Assembly: GCA_965287045.1 (NCBI GenBank)
Contig: OZ336873.1
Coordinates: 106,020,001-106,084,000, forward strand
Source of the DNA: Carcharhinus amblyrhynchos
Lineage: Eukaryota
Direction: 5' to 3'
DNA length: 64,000 bases
Shown: positions 25,432-37,990 of the stretch, piece by piece
Layout of the letters: every line of letters begins with the position of its first letter
How positions within the stretch are numbered: position 1 is the first letter of the stretch
Translations under genes and position numbers: made by a program
The notes under the pieces: generated by a model
What the model was told of the DNA's origin: nothing
Seen by the model: the letters and a program-made list of their open reading frames with translations, nothing else
The model's database searches: none

Positions 25432-26045
25432 GTGTTTAACTTGGAGGAGTATTGATTCATAAGCTGAGCAGGGAGGGTACATGCTTATCAGCAGGAGGTT
25501 TCCTTGTCCATGTTTGACCAGGTGCCATTAGACTTCATGGTGTCCAGAATCAATGTTGAGGTCTCCCAGGGCAACTCCCTCCTGTCTGTGTCCAATGTGT
25601 CTCCACCCTGTTTGCAGGATAAGAAGTCTCACAACAGCAGGTTAAAGTCCAACAGGTGTGTTTGGTGTCATGAACTTTGAGAGCACTGCTCCTTCATCAG
25701 ATGAGTCACTTGATGAACGAGCAGTCCTCAGAAAGCTCTTACCAAATAAACCTGTTGGACTTTAACCTAATATTGTGAGACTTCTTACTGTGCCTATCCA
25801 GTCCAACGCCGGCATCTCCACATCATGTTTGCAGGGATGGTGATGCTGGTGTCTGGGATATAATCTGTAATGTGTGACTGCATGAATATGACTCCATCAG
25901 ACTATTGATTGACTAGTCTGTGAGACAGCTTTCCCTATTTTGGCACAAGCCCCCAGATGTTAGTTAGGGAGGACTTTACTGGTTTGTCAGGGCTGGGATT
26001 TCCAATGTCATTTCTGGTGCCTAGGTTAATGCTGAGTCTTTCATC
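25432..26045 (-). mobile_element. CR1-type LINE ORF2 N-terminal (APE endonuclease) remnant, split by a P1 insertion
   Basis: Minus strand reads approximately LTNIWGLVPKIGKLSHRLVNQ...IPDTSITIP...EGVALGDLNIDSGHHEV*WHLVKHGQGNLLLIS, typical of the start of a LINE endonuclease. Confidence 0.75.
25619..25825. mobile_element. Penelope-like family P1 fold-back mini-element with two decayed divergent hammerheads and 10-bp TSD
   Basis: Centre gagcactgctccttcatcag-atgagtcac-ttgatgaacgagcagtcctcagaaagct; TSD tgtttgcagg at 25609-25618 and 25826-25835. Confidence 0.85.
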
Positions 26046-26124
26046 CAATTTCATTCCTTTTGTCTTATTTGGCATTGAGAAGAATGAGAGTTGTTCTTCT
26101 TAATTCTTTCAGCACTTCATAAGT

Positions 26125-26420
26125 AAAAGTCGGAGAGTCTGGAACTAGGGATTCAGAATAAGGTGTCAGCCACTTAGAGTTAAGGAAAGATCTCTTCAAG
26201 CTCCGCTGGCTATCAACCTTTTAGAGTTCCCTACCCCAGAGAGCTTAGCAAGCTCAGTTGATAAGTAAGTTCATGACAGAGACTAATAGATTCTGGTTCT
26301 CTCAGGAAATCAAGGTGATAGGGCAAAAAAGTGGAGTCGATATATTCAACCACAGTCTTACTGAGTGATGATGTAGTTTTGATACCCATTTGGCCTACCC
26401 CTGCTCCTGTTTCTTATGAA
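26125..26420 (+). mobile_element. CR1 LINE 3' end fragment
   Basis: ggagagtctggaactagggattcagaataagg...ccctaccccagagagc...ggcctacccctgctcctgtttcttatg. Confidence 0.7.
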
Positions 26421-26669
26421 TGCTCGCTTGCCAGTTTGCACAACTTTCCAGCATCTGTGTACTGTATTAAATATAGGGTCACCTGGAAATGGATCAGCAT
26501 GTATGGCAGGGGTTGGGGGGTTTCTGGTGCCAACTTGCCATCTCTCCTGCAATTTTGCCAGCAATGGGAGAAGTGTTGGGAAGCTCAATTGCCTGTGGGC
26601 CAATAGAAGTCATTAAGTGGTCAGTTAATAGTCACTTAAGAGCCCCTTATCTTTTCATGACAATGATCC

Positions 26670-27090
26670 CAAGAATGAAAAGCTTGACAAAAGAGGAGCG
26701 TCAAGGATGAGGGGGATCTCATTGAAACTTACACAATATTGAAAGGCCTCGATAGAGTGAAACTGGGAAAGATGTTTCCATTGGTCGGTGAGATCAGAAT
26801 CTGAGTGCACAGTCTCAGAATAAAGGGATGCCTCTTTGGAACCAAGATGAGGAAGTATTTCTTCAACCAGAGGTTGGTGAACCAATATAATTCATTGCCA
26901 CAGAAAGCTATGAACGCCAGGTCATTGAGTATATTTAAGACAGAGATAGATACGTTCTTGATTGGTAAGGGGATCAAAGGTTAAGGGGCAAAAATAGCCG
27001 GAAAATGGGATTGAGAAACTTATCAGCCATGATTGAATGTCAGAGCAGACTCAAATGGGTCAAATAGCCTAATTCCGTTACGATAGCTTA
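26670..27090 (+). mobile_element. CR1 LINE 3' end (ORF2 C-terminus and UTR) inserted into a GC-rich DNA-element remnant (about 26480-27530)
   Basis: aggatgagggggatctcattgaaacttacacaatattgaaaggcctcgatagagtg (RMRGDLIETYxILKGLDRV); ttcttcaaccagaggttggtgaacc. Confidence 0.85.
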
Positions 27091-30000
27091 TACCTCCTGC
27101 CACTGGGATTTTACCTATGGCAGGAGAGGCCCATGTCAAGTATTCAGCTCAGCAGTTATAAAGTGTGATGAGGGGTTGGATGGAATGCCTCCTTTACAGG
27201 CACCCTCTATCCATTTGAGTCCCCACTCTTGCAGGTCTTTCCATCCATGCCTTACCTCTCGCACCCTGCCCTTTCCACCCAGCCCCCTCAGCCCTGCCTC
27301 TCAGGGGCCTACCAATCTGCCCTCAGTGAGACCACTGGTTTACGTTAAAGTCTGGACTCCAACATAGCATGCCTTCTTCAGATCTGGTTGCAGCCCCAGC
27401 AGTGGTTACTGTCTCTGATGGCCCTGCTGGGACCAGAGAGATGCTGGCAGATAAGTAGCTACAGGGTGAGTCAGCCAAATGAAAGCAGGCTCACCGCTGA
27501 ACAGTCACAGAGTGGAACTTCACTCCTTTACAATATAGTACATAATACATACTATCATATATTGAAAAGTCCTTTTTATAGAAGGTCACAAAGTTCATCT
27601 CGTTAATTCTGGTTTACTATCTATTTAGCCTTTCTTATTACAAAAATATAAGCAACTAGTACAAGTTAATGGAAAAAGAAAGAAAAATCTCAACAAATAA
27701 GGGTGATAAGCAGATCTAAGCAACCGCAGGTATCTGGAATTCTTTACAGTAACTTGAAGAAACAAGCAGTCAAGTTGCACATTACTGGCCTGTGATGCTG
27801 TGTGTTAGAACAACGCAAAAATGGACTACGCTTCCTTTTTTGTGACTTCTAGATCTTAGACCTGCCATGGAAAAATGCCATGCAGAAGAGAAAAATGTCC
27901 TTTGAGAAGTAAAATGGAATCGCTGAGGCAGAGTCTACCTAAGTTGCCTTTTATGAAGTGTCTAGTGCTGAGTGCCATTTGCAATGCTTTGCAAAGGAGT
28001 CTGCCTGCTTTGGCCTCCTAAGCCAGAAAACGGCAAGCGGCACTAGGTAAAGATACCTTGGAATATAGCAGTAAATAATGTACTAATGAAGACTTTCTTC
28101 AGGCTGCAATAGTACAGCATTAGGTGTTGTGCAACACATCTTGAAATGTTCTGCGCTGGATTGAGAATATTGCTCCTAGCAAAATGAATGATATCAAACC
28201 TGTACATATGTCTTATGACTGGAGAAGAGTTTGTAGTTCAACCACTCAAACTGAAGTTTTATGAAATCTCCATGCACTTCCACAGCTGGGCTAGTTTTTT
28301 CTTACTTTCATATTTCATTTGAACTGTAAGAGAGGGTACTTCTGATATCACATGATTTCTAAATATCAAGTGTCTGTCTTATCCTATCTTCAGGACTTTC
28401 ACACCGTTAATTTGTGTCGCCTAATTGAGCTGAAGAATTATGCCGGAGGGAATGTGATACATCTGCTTTTGTAACTGGTGGAGCAGGTGGCTGTTGAGGG
28501 TGAAGAAGTTCACGTGATATTATCTTCAAGTGGTGCCTTTACTTGATTCAAAGTGCAATTTGGTTTTATAAATATTATGTCAAGTTGAAACATTCCTTTG
28601 TTCAACATTTAATATAGAGACATTTCTTCTGACGGGATTTTTGTTTCCTGGGGAATTATATCTCTGTGGAAGTGGGGATTTTATGGAGGCCGCAATGGCT
28701 GGAACGGTGGTCAATTAGATGGGAGCTAAAATTTTGCTTTCCCTACAGCTGGATCATTTTTCATGATTAAATCCAACAGGTGTTAATGGTGGGTCAGAAC
28801 TCATGCTATCCCATTGGTGATTTTCCACTTGTATTTATGTAATTACATCTTACCTTCATGATAAAGTGAGTGGTACATGAGAATCCCTATGGCACCAGCT
28901 TCATGTTTGTCTAAAGGTGAAAAGGGGATATGCAACAGTTGGATTTTTGCAGTTTATGTCTGAGGTTAATGGTTTTTCTCTGTAGAACAAAGGAGGGGGA
29001 CAGGAGAATGGCAGCTTGCGTGGAGGCTGAAGACCAGCAAGGGTTTGTCAGTGCTTGATGGGGTAGCAGGCAGTGGAGTGGAAGGGGATCCAAAGGAGCA
29101 GAGAGGGTAAGACTGCAGAAATGGAAGAGTGAAAGAGGAAGAGCCTGGCATCCTGAGTGTGGTGGGAGATAAAGGGAAAAATGGGGAATTGAAAGAGCAA
29201 TGTAAGTAATTGTATTGACTTCAACGAGACCCATAAGGTTGGCCCCTTGGAGTATGAACTCCCTGGTTGATTGGGCAAACAGTTACAACCTCAAGGAGCC
29301 CCACAGATATAATACGGGAGTGTCAGGTCCACTGACACTACTGATTCTGACTGTGTACCTGAAGCATTCTAGGAATAGAGTTTGTAAAGAAAAGGAATCT
29401 GGTGAAGGTACACCAGCCTCAGAGGAATTATTTCAGTATGGGTCACTTGCAGGATGTTGGCCAACAATTTGGTGTGCTTTTAGCTCTATGATTAGGTTAG
29501 ACTCAATAAACACCAATGATGCCAAAATGAATAGAGTGAAACCAATGCAATGTGAATTTTAAATTTAAAAAATACCTGTGCCACCATTTTACTTTTAATA
29601 AAGTTCATGGATTTATGTTAATGGCAACGGATTTGGGTATACACATTGTGGCCTTGATGCAAAGCTTCTCTGCTGGTCCAGATTGCTCCTTTATAGCCTG
29701 CCTATATCTGCCACATTGTCAGTTAACTGTGAATTTCACCCTTGAAAAGTTTCCCTCATTGCACACGATGCCTGAGCATTCCATGCATACTTGAAATTTT
29801 AATTGGAATTACGTGAGAACTAGCAAAATGCAAGGGACAGAGTGATTCCCACCTCCTGTTGTACTGCTAGGCACAGTGCGCCAAATTCCTTGCATAGTTT
29901 CTTGGGATTTAAAAAACAAAGTTATCAAGTGTTTAAAATGAGTTTAGCTGTGTGCTGGAAATACAGAGCAGTAACACTCATGGGAGATAGTTTATTATTT

Positions 30001-30135
30001 GTTTACGTGCTAACTTGGTGATCCGAATATCTTGGAAAGCTGTGGCACAAAAATCATTACCTAAGTTCCTTAGTGAAGCAGCTACATTACAATCACAAGT
30101 TGGGTTAAATAGCTCACATTTGCATTTGATTCCAA

Positions 30136-30355
30136 GGCCAGGATTTTCCTGCCCTACCCCCATCCTCCTCATTCACATGGCATTTTTCTCACGGTGAATA
30201 CGGTGAAACGTTAGTCACTGGCGGGATTTCCTGGCGTCAGTGGCTGGACTTCCCAGTCCTTTTGCATGGCTAAGCCACCCAGACACCTGCCATGGAGGTT
30301 GACCTTAGTGGGATAAGAAGTTCCTGCCAGCATGGAGGATTGGAAAATCCTGTCC
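30136..30355. mobile_element. 220-bp MITE with 14-bp TIRs
   Basis: ggccaggattttcc (30136-30149) and ggaaaatcctgtcc (30342-30355), 13/14 complementary. Confidence 0.7.
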
Positions 30356-30669
30356 AAAGTCATTCTTTTCTTCTTTAATCTCTGGAACAGGTTCTGTAAA
30401 ATAACCTCACCAGTACCAGTGCTTTGTTGAATTTCATTTTTAACAGATTACATATCCTCAGTGTTGGGATTCACATCCACTATTATCTAATATAAATCAT
30501 TAAGGATGCTAAGTTTTGACAGCTATGTGTGGTAGGACTGGGCAAAAAACTATAGGAAGATTTTCACTGGCACTATTGTCATGAAATTGTAAATGTGACA
30601 TTTTTGGATAAAACATTAATGGTGCAGATCTATATAACAAGTACCAACAGGCATCAAAGACATTGTCGC

Positions 30670-31030
30670 CTTTGAAATAAAAGATTGGAGGTTCAAGTTC
30701 TGCTTCAGGACTTGCATATATCTTCTAGGTTGTGTGTGATATATCTTCTCGGTTGCCAGCTCAATGGAGTACCAAAGATGTGCTGCATTTTCAGAGGTAT
30801 CTTTAGGAAGATGTAACATCAAAAAAAAGGAATCTGTCTGCTCAGGTGAATATAATGGCACTAGTTGAAGAAAACAAATAAATGCTTCAAGCCAATATGT
30901 AGCCCTTAGTCAATACCATCAAAAGCACAATATATGATTCATTCATTTCATTGAAGTTTGTGGAACCCTGCTATGTGCAAATTAGCTGCTGTTGTCTATA
31001 AAACAATAGTGACTACTTCTCAAAATGAAT
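30670..31030 (+). mobile_element. Old Deu-domain SINE (SacSINE1/AmnSINE1-like)
   Basis: ggaggttcaagttctgcttcaggacttg head; gtgctgcattttcagaggtatcttt...tctgtctgctcaggtgaat...atggcactagttgaagaa; tail tttgtggaaccctgctatgtgcaaattagctgc. Confidence 0.6.
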
Positions 31031-31399
31031 TTTTTTTATATTTTAGTATTGCTTGTCCAGGTCGATGGTAACACAGTTTAACAATACATATTTGTAGAGG
31101 CATGGTTCAAAGATTTATTTTTTTCAGATGTTACTATCGTCTTATTTCTGTAAATGTTTGAAGGGTTTTCCTAAAATTCAGTCTGGTTAAATGAATGTTT
31201 GATTCAAGCTTCTCTCTAATTCAAAGAATTCCATTGTATTATACATTTCATATCTACTACTATTGTATGCAATTTTAAATTCAAGCATGACATTTAAATA
31301 CGGATTTTGATCCATGCATAAAGTCTTTTGCAATTATAATTTTTATGTTCACATTAAAGAAGGCAGTCCCTTGCCAAATTTCACAAGAAGATAGAAATG

Positions 31400-31680
31400 C
31401 ACTTTAAGACCCTAATCAGCTGGTGCAAATTGTGATTTTGTTGGCTGTTTGTGTTTGGATTTAATTGCTAAATGAATGATTAAATGGGCATTGGTACAAA
31501 GATTTGTCAATTGGCTATTTTTAACTGAAGTTCAAAGCGCTCCTGATTGAAGTGTGACATTTCTTGGCAAACCAGCTTTAGTATTTATCAGCTTTCAGCG
31601 ACTGTAATAATATCTTTGTAAACGGTTCAGTGCCAAAAATAAGAACTGTACACAGAACTTTGAAAATGGCCTCGTTTGAC
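31400..31680. promoter_or_regulatory. Candidate conserved non-coding element
   Basis: Non-repetitive; contains ggatttaattg, tgattaaatgg, tgtcaattgg, tgtttgtgttt and retained CpGs; conservation not testable here. Confidence 0.3.
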
Positions 31681-32370
31681 AGATATAAAATGCATCAATC
31701 CTATTTTATTTCATAAGATCCACAGTATAACAAAGTGGAATATTTTATGTTATTCATTCACATACATAGGACAATTCAGTACAACCTACAAATTGAAACC
31801 ACATTACTTTATATGTGCAACTATAACAATGAAGTCTACAGAATACAAGTGTATGACAAGAGGTTTAGAATATAACAGTAAATCTATGTTAAACCTTTCT
31901 CATGACAACTGTTGAAGTATCTTGTGCAGCTTTCTGCCTCACACTATAAGAAAGATGTAGATGCAATAGAGAGGGTACAGGGTAGATTCACTGGATGTAT
32001 GGCATGAGGCAATACAGCAAGAGCGTAAAAATCAAGATGCTCTCATTTCCAAGGAAATTATGAGTGGTTTAATAAAAGATTTTATTTTTTTAATTATGAA
32101 GAATTGAGACAAGATTGAAACTGATTGCTCTAGTGATTCTAGGAGATGTAGTTAAAAGATTAAATGTGAGTAATTACGACACAGAGAAAGGGACCCTTTA
32201 TCCATGTTACGGATTGTGAGGTTGTGGAATGCTCTGCTGGATTTGGAATTTAAATAGGGGCCATTTAGAAATAGTTTAGATGACTGGTTGAAGAAAAGAG
32301 CAGTAAAGGAGTAAGTGAGTGGGTATTTAAGAGCTATAGTGCTAATCTCATGTGAATAAAAAACGGTCAT

Positions 32371-32500
32371 GATGTGCATATGCCGGCGTTGGACTGGGGT
32401 AAACACAGTAAAAAGTCTGACAACACCAGGTTTTAGTCCAACCGATTTATTTGATAGTAAACTCACTAGCTTTCGAGGGGTTTCCCTCTTCTTCAGGTGA
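32371..32500 (-). mobile_element. Penelope-like family P1 solo terminal repeat
   Basis: Near-identical to the reverse complement of 56097-56226; degenerate 12-bp TSD aaaaacggtcat (32359-32370) and aaaaacagtaat (32500-32511). Confidence 0.85.
32463..32500 (-). ncRNA. Minimal type-I hammerhead ribozyme motif
   Basis: Minus-strand RNA UCAC-CUGAAGA-A-GAGGG-AAAC-CCCUC-GAAA-G-CUA-GUGA: stem I UCAC/GUGA, intact CUGANGA and GAAA boxes, 5-bp stem II, loopless palindromic stem III (AGCU), NUH triplet CUA. Confidence 0.75.
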
Positions 32501-32759
32501 AAAACAGTAATATGGACTGGTTGGGCTGAGTTTTCTACTTCCATGCTGCAATGTCCCATTGTTATTTGACCTGTATAGATAAAGCAATGAATAGTACAGA
32601 ATTTGTTCTGGATTATAAATTTAAAAGGCTGTGGATATAATTTTCCAGCCCCATTGACTGTTGCTAACATCTGGTCCTGTCAAAAAATAAATTGACTTTT
32701 GGCTGGCATTCCACATTTCCTGTGGCAGATCCTGCCTCGACTGCGCTGGAACATTTTAT

Positions 32760-33116
32760 TTTATTCATTCATGGGACATGGCCGTCAATGGTATTTATTG
32801 TCCATCTCTGGATGCCCTTGCACTCTGTGGCATGCTAGGCCATTTCGGAGAGCAGTCGATAGTCAACCACATTACTGTGGCTTTGGAGTCACATATTGGC
32901 CAGATCAGACAAGGACGGCAGATTTCCTTCCCTAAAGGACATCAGTGAACTAGATGGGTTTTTCCAACAATCGACAATAGTTTCATCAGTGGATTTTTAA
33001 TTCCAGATATTTTTTATTGAATTAAAATTCCACCATCTTCCATGGCCATCTTCCTGGGTCCCCAAACGTCAGCTAAGATTCTGGATTAATAATCTCAATA
33101 ATATCACTAGGCCATC
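32760..33116 (-). mobile_element. Second tRNA-derived SINE family with CR1-type tail
   Basis: Reverse complement starts gatggcctagtgatattattgagattattaatccagaa; paralogue at 46131-46446; tail shared with the LINE end at 1110. Confidence 0.8.
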
Positions 33117-33185
33117 CCAGCCTATTTTATCAGAGAATAAACTACGGTGATGTTTTTTCATTATCAATACATTCTTTGTTTTGCC

Positions 33186-33351
33186 GCTAAAAGAAAGGTA
33201 AAATACAGCGGATGCTGGAATCTGAAACAAAAATATAAAAAGCTGGAAAATCTCAGTCGGTCTGACAACATCGACTCAAAAACGTTGGCTCTATTATCTC
33301 TCCATAGATACTGTCGGGCGTGTTGAGATTTTCAAGCTTTTTATATTTTTG
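33186..33351. mobile_element. Penelope-like family P2 fold-back mini-element with 12-bp TSD
   Basis: Left arm aaaatacagcggatgctggaatctgaaac...; right arm gactcaaaaacgttggctctattatctctccatagatactg...; TSD ctttgttttgcc at 33174-33185 and 33352-33363. Confidence 0.8.
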
Positions 33352-34829
33352 CTTTGTTTTGCCACATCTGCTTCGAAAAGTTTTACTTCACAGACAGGCA
33401 TGTAATGTGGAAAGCCAGTTTGACTTGTAATTGTAGTGTCTGACCTTTAATAGAACTTTTCTACTTATAGTGGAATTTTACACAGCAAAATGGTATTTCA
33501 ATACGTAAAACTACATTTCAACAGTTATTAAAGTTGCTCGCCAGAATCAGAGTTAATTTTGAAATGTAAGTGGCTTCTGATATTGGTACGGACATAACTG
33601 CTTAACCTGCTGAAGGTTGAAGTATGAGCTGAAATATTTCAGTTGTTCATGATTCATATCTTCAGATTGGTTGCTTATTGGTATTTGATGTTTTCATTTG
33701 TCTGAATAACATTTATTCTGCTAATACTGGTCTGCATTCTTTAAAACTAAATGGAAGTAAAATTGCTTTTTTCTTTAACTTACTCACCGATGGTTCATGT
33801 AAAATATGTAATCAGAAATTAGACTTGCACTTTCTTGTTGCTGCAGTCAAATGTCCATAAATATTACAATAATTTCTGGATTTGCAATGAAAGATGGCCA
33901 ATTATAAATGTGTGTATTACAATTACATTTTACACCCCCCAAAATTTCCTCATGCTTTCCTTCTTCTCTGGATCCTAAATTGGTAATTTATGCTGGACTA
34001 TGCGTCCCCAAGTCCATGCTGTAAACCTCAATGACTCTATGACTCTAAGTCCGTGCAATTCCCTCCTTTTTGACTTATGTGGTGAGGGGAGGGCTCATTA
34101 ATTAAAGCCATCATTAGTGAAGGAGGATGGCAGTTAGGGTTTTTTTTTAACACAGAAGACTGTAGGAATATGTAATGTTTTTCATACTGAGATATGGACC
34201 ATGAGCTTCTTTGAGGAAAAATTTGGTAAATATTTGTATCAGAAAAATATTCAAGACTATGGGAAGAGAGTAGGGCATTTGAGTTCATTTTCAATTGAGA
34301 TAGACTTTTTTTTAGTCGGTAAGGGAATCAAAGATTATGAGGTTAAGATGGGAAAGTGGAGTCAAGGACAATATCAAATAAGTTAATTGACCTACTTCTT
34401 CCTGTCCCTGTGTATTATGGGTTGCTTTAGAAAGGAGGTGACGAGCTGAGTGGCTTCCTTCAATTATGTATCAGTTTGTGGGTTCTTGGTCCTATATATG
34501 AGGCAGGATAGAAGCAAACCTCATTGTGGTATCTGCTGATGTGTTCCTGTACCGGAGATTATTTGAAAAATAGTCAGGAGATGCGATTTCTCAATGTTAT
34601 TTATCCCCGTACTCAGGAATTCTTGAAGCTAATTGCAGTGACAACACAACCCACCCATCACCACTAATGCTCTAGATCACTGAGCACAGTACTGTGCTAG
34701 CTATCACTTCATGCATTTATCCACAGAGGCACTGAAGGTGACAAGTTGTTTTAATCATTTTTTACCTTTAAAAGAAATATTATGTCATCGAGTTGGGCAA
34801 AGAGCTAATATTGGCCAGAACAATATGTA

Positions 34830-35170
34830 AAAAAAGACAGGAGAAGATGTTTCAGCCTATCCAAGCCTACAATCAACTTGACATCCAACTGTGTTTTGAA
34901 TGCTCCTACCAGCTTGAAATCCTTATTTTTTTTCCCTAGTATAGTTCTAGAGGCCTGACTTAACCTTGAAGTACATTTGTGTCCACTGTCTATCCTGTTT
35001 GATGTTTTACATATTTTGATGACATCTTCACCTTCCCACCTTCTATCTAGATTGTAGAATGTCAATTTCTTTAAAACCTCCTTATAGCCCAATTCCTTTT
35101 CACCTGAGATCAGATTTGTTGTTCTTTTTGGCACCATTTTCAATGTCTATGTCTCCTCCTTGAAGCATGG
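34830..35170 (-). mobile_element. Old CR1 LINE 3' fragment
   Basis: ORF-track translation ELGYKEVLKKLTFYNLDRRWEGEDVIKICK resembles the CR1 ORF2 C-terminus (L.Y.ERL..L.L.SLE.RRLRGDLI.VYK). Confidence 0.6.
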
Positions 35171-37834
35171 TGAAGCAATATTGGATGGACATTACAGATG
35201 TCATCAGATAATGTGAGGTCAGCCAGGCAGGCTGAGCCGTGCAGCTTCTGATACATTAAATCTCACTTTGCTCAGAAAGATATTGTTAGTGGATTTTTTT
35301 TTTACATGCAATTAACAGTTCAATGGCAGCTACTAAATGGCAGGCAGCCACCAATTCTCAATAACAGTTTATTAATATTCAGATTATTTTGACTTCAGAT
35401 TTCATTTGGAGCACTCAACTATTCTGGATCCAAAGTCTAGATCTCTCTCATCGAAAGAGAAGCTGGAGAATTATGAATCTGGAACATGTTCCAAAGATGC
35501 CAATAACTGAAAAGTTTTCTTTCCTCCTTTCTACTTTCTCATCCTTCAACACCATTGAATTAACCTCTCAGGTTCCCTAGAAATCATTACTGCATCCAGT
35601 TGGGAAGACAAAATAGTATATTTCACCTGTAAGAGCAAAGGTCCACATTTGTGCAATTGGTCTTTAAGCCTCAACCCAAACTCATCAGTGATCTCAACCA
35701 ACTAGTAATATCTATGATACTAACCTGATATGGCGGACATTTTCAGCACAACTTTTGAAGCAGTATTCTGCAATACTGATGTCTTAAAAACCACAGCAAA
35801 ACCCCCATTTATACAGAGATAATTCAAGGTTTAAAACAGCTTAGTTATCTATTTAACATGAATGTACTTCATTTACTTGATGTGTTTTTATTTATGGTAT
35901 GGATACACTTTAAAAAAGCAACAGTCAAGTCTACATATTAAACGTGCTGACAAATAGCTGTTAATTTCAGGTACTGTTCCTTCGACTTGCATTAAGCTGT
36001 TGTTTTCACTCGGAGCTTTGGTTAGTTTGCTAACTGTCTAATCCAGATATTGTTTTCATTGCACATCATGATATCTACAGCGATTGCATCAGTCCAAATC
36101 TAACATAATTACAATGAATATTGAATTCCAAATTGGCTCCTACAAAGTTCTGGTTAAGTTATATGCCATGCCTGATTTGAAATACTTACAGGGAAATTCC
36201 TGGTGGATTCTCAGAATTAACATTCCATTAGCTTTCAACTTTTAATGTATTCACTTCGAATGAATACAGACTTTCTCGACTTGCTGAACCCAGATTAAGG
36301 TATCAATGTAGACAAGGTGCTGGAAAATGAACCATGCATTAGCTTGATTGCATTCATTCTGATTTGAGTTCAACTTCTCCATGCCAACCAAGAAAATGGT
36401 CCAGTAACATGGCACACTCCAGAACTATCTTTCGGAATTGTCCAAAAGTGGTATAGTCTGGTTTAACTCGTGATTCTTCTTGATTTGTTCAGAAAATGAT
36501 CATGTGTCTGCTCATTGCCTTTAATAAGACTTAGTAGCTCTCCTAATGTCAGGAACTCATCAGAGGGGATTTTGTCTTGTGATACTGTTTTGGTGGAAAT
36601 AGGCTCTTTGCCTGATCAGATTCATGACTACTTCAAAATAGTTGGATTAGTGAACCTCATTTAAATGTGATTAGGGACCAGGCCTTTCTTTTCCCTCTGC
36701 TTCTTGTGAAGAAGACACGATCTTTAGCAATCCCATTGCCTACTTGAAAAGTTACACTTCATAAAGCAATGGTGCTATGGCTTTGGTCAAGTTCTTGTGG
36801 TCTTAGAAAATATATAACTTCCGGCACCATTTCCAGGTTGCTATCCTACCCATGCCAATGTTTTTCTTCCTGCACTCTCTTAAGGCTGCCTCTGTGTTTT
36901 CTGTCTAATTAGGGATAGTGGGCAGCACATGGATGCAGGAGGGTAACTCAGAGGGCCAACAGGAGAGTTGGGGAATGCACCCACATGAATGCATTTGGCT
37001 GCTTTCAATCTTTGAGATTGTTGATACGCGCAATTGCATCAGCCTATGATTTCCCTCTGATCTCTTGCCCTGAAGTGTTGTCAGACTCCAAACACAGCAA
37101 GGGGACTAATGCCCTGACAACAAAGCAACTTCTCTCTCTGAAAATAGCCATAATGAAGGCCTTAAGTATTTTGATTGCCTTTCTCATCTTTGGAAAACCT
37201 ATCTGGATGCAGGACTTCATCTTAGAGGTGTCCAGTTGAGATTTTTCACTTTCTTTTCCTGTACCCTACCCCTAAGGCAGCAGAAGTATCCTCCCTTTCA
37301 GTTGTTTGCAGTGAGCTTGTGGTTGCCATGACTGGTGTAAGAGCTCCATTGCAGCTCAGGAGATCCTACTGGAGGAGGTCAGGTTTCAGAGAGAGAGATT
37401 TCTCCTCAACTGGAAAAAGACATCCCAGATAGATTTTGGGACATATTAGAAGATGTGAATCTGTAGGCATCACCTCCAGGACATGAGTACATTGCAAGGA
37501 TAATTTTGACAGCCTGACCCAGTCAGTCAATGTGCTAATCACTTCCTGCTCTGTATCCGACGCTCCTACAGTTCCTCTGTCCCTCAACAATGCTCCCCTC
37601 AACAAAACTCTCCTTCCCAGTTCCAGGTGCTTTTCTTGCAATTAACACTGCACACCACACAAAACTTGCTCCTCATTATAATCATATTCTCACCAGCTGC
37701 TACCTTCACAGCAGACACGAACAGCATCCTCCTCTCACCTGGTAACAACTGGAAATCTTTTCGTTCTTCCCTTAACTGCTTGCAGATCTCACGCTGTCTT
37801 TACCTTCTCCCCACCTGTTCATCTTATTGTTGAT

Positions 37835-37990
37835 GGGTCAAAACCTGGAAAGCCTTCCCCAGCAGCACTGTGGGAATAACTTCACCATATGGACTGCAGC
37901 TGTTCAAGAAGGCAGCTCAACTCCACTTTCTCAAGGGCAACTGGTGACGAATGCTGGCACTGCCAGCAGCACCCACATCCCAAGAAGGAT
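37835..37990 (+). mobile_element. CR1-type LINE 3' tail
   Basis: gggtcaaaacctggaaagccttcccagcagcactgtggg...ggactgcagctgttcaagaaggcagctc...cccacatccc. Confidence 0.7.

Larger units (their letters stand above)
31850..32552 (+). mobile_element. Old CR1 LINE 3' fragment, host of the P1 insertion at 32371-32500
   Basis: cactataagaaagatgtagatgcaatagagagggtacagggtagattcact (HYKKDVDAIERVQGRFT); gttgtggaatgctctgc. Confidence 0.65.

Noticed and set aside
32152-32670. 172-aa minus-strand ORF
   Set aside because: Chance read-through across a P1 repeat and the antisense of a CR1 fragment
35388-35510. Possible plus-strand exon (FHLEHSTILDPKSRSLSSKEKLENYESG...)
   Set aside because: Short frame compatible with chance; no family recognised
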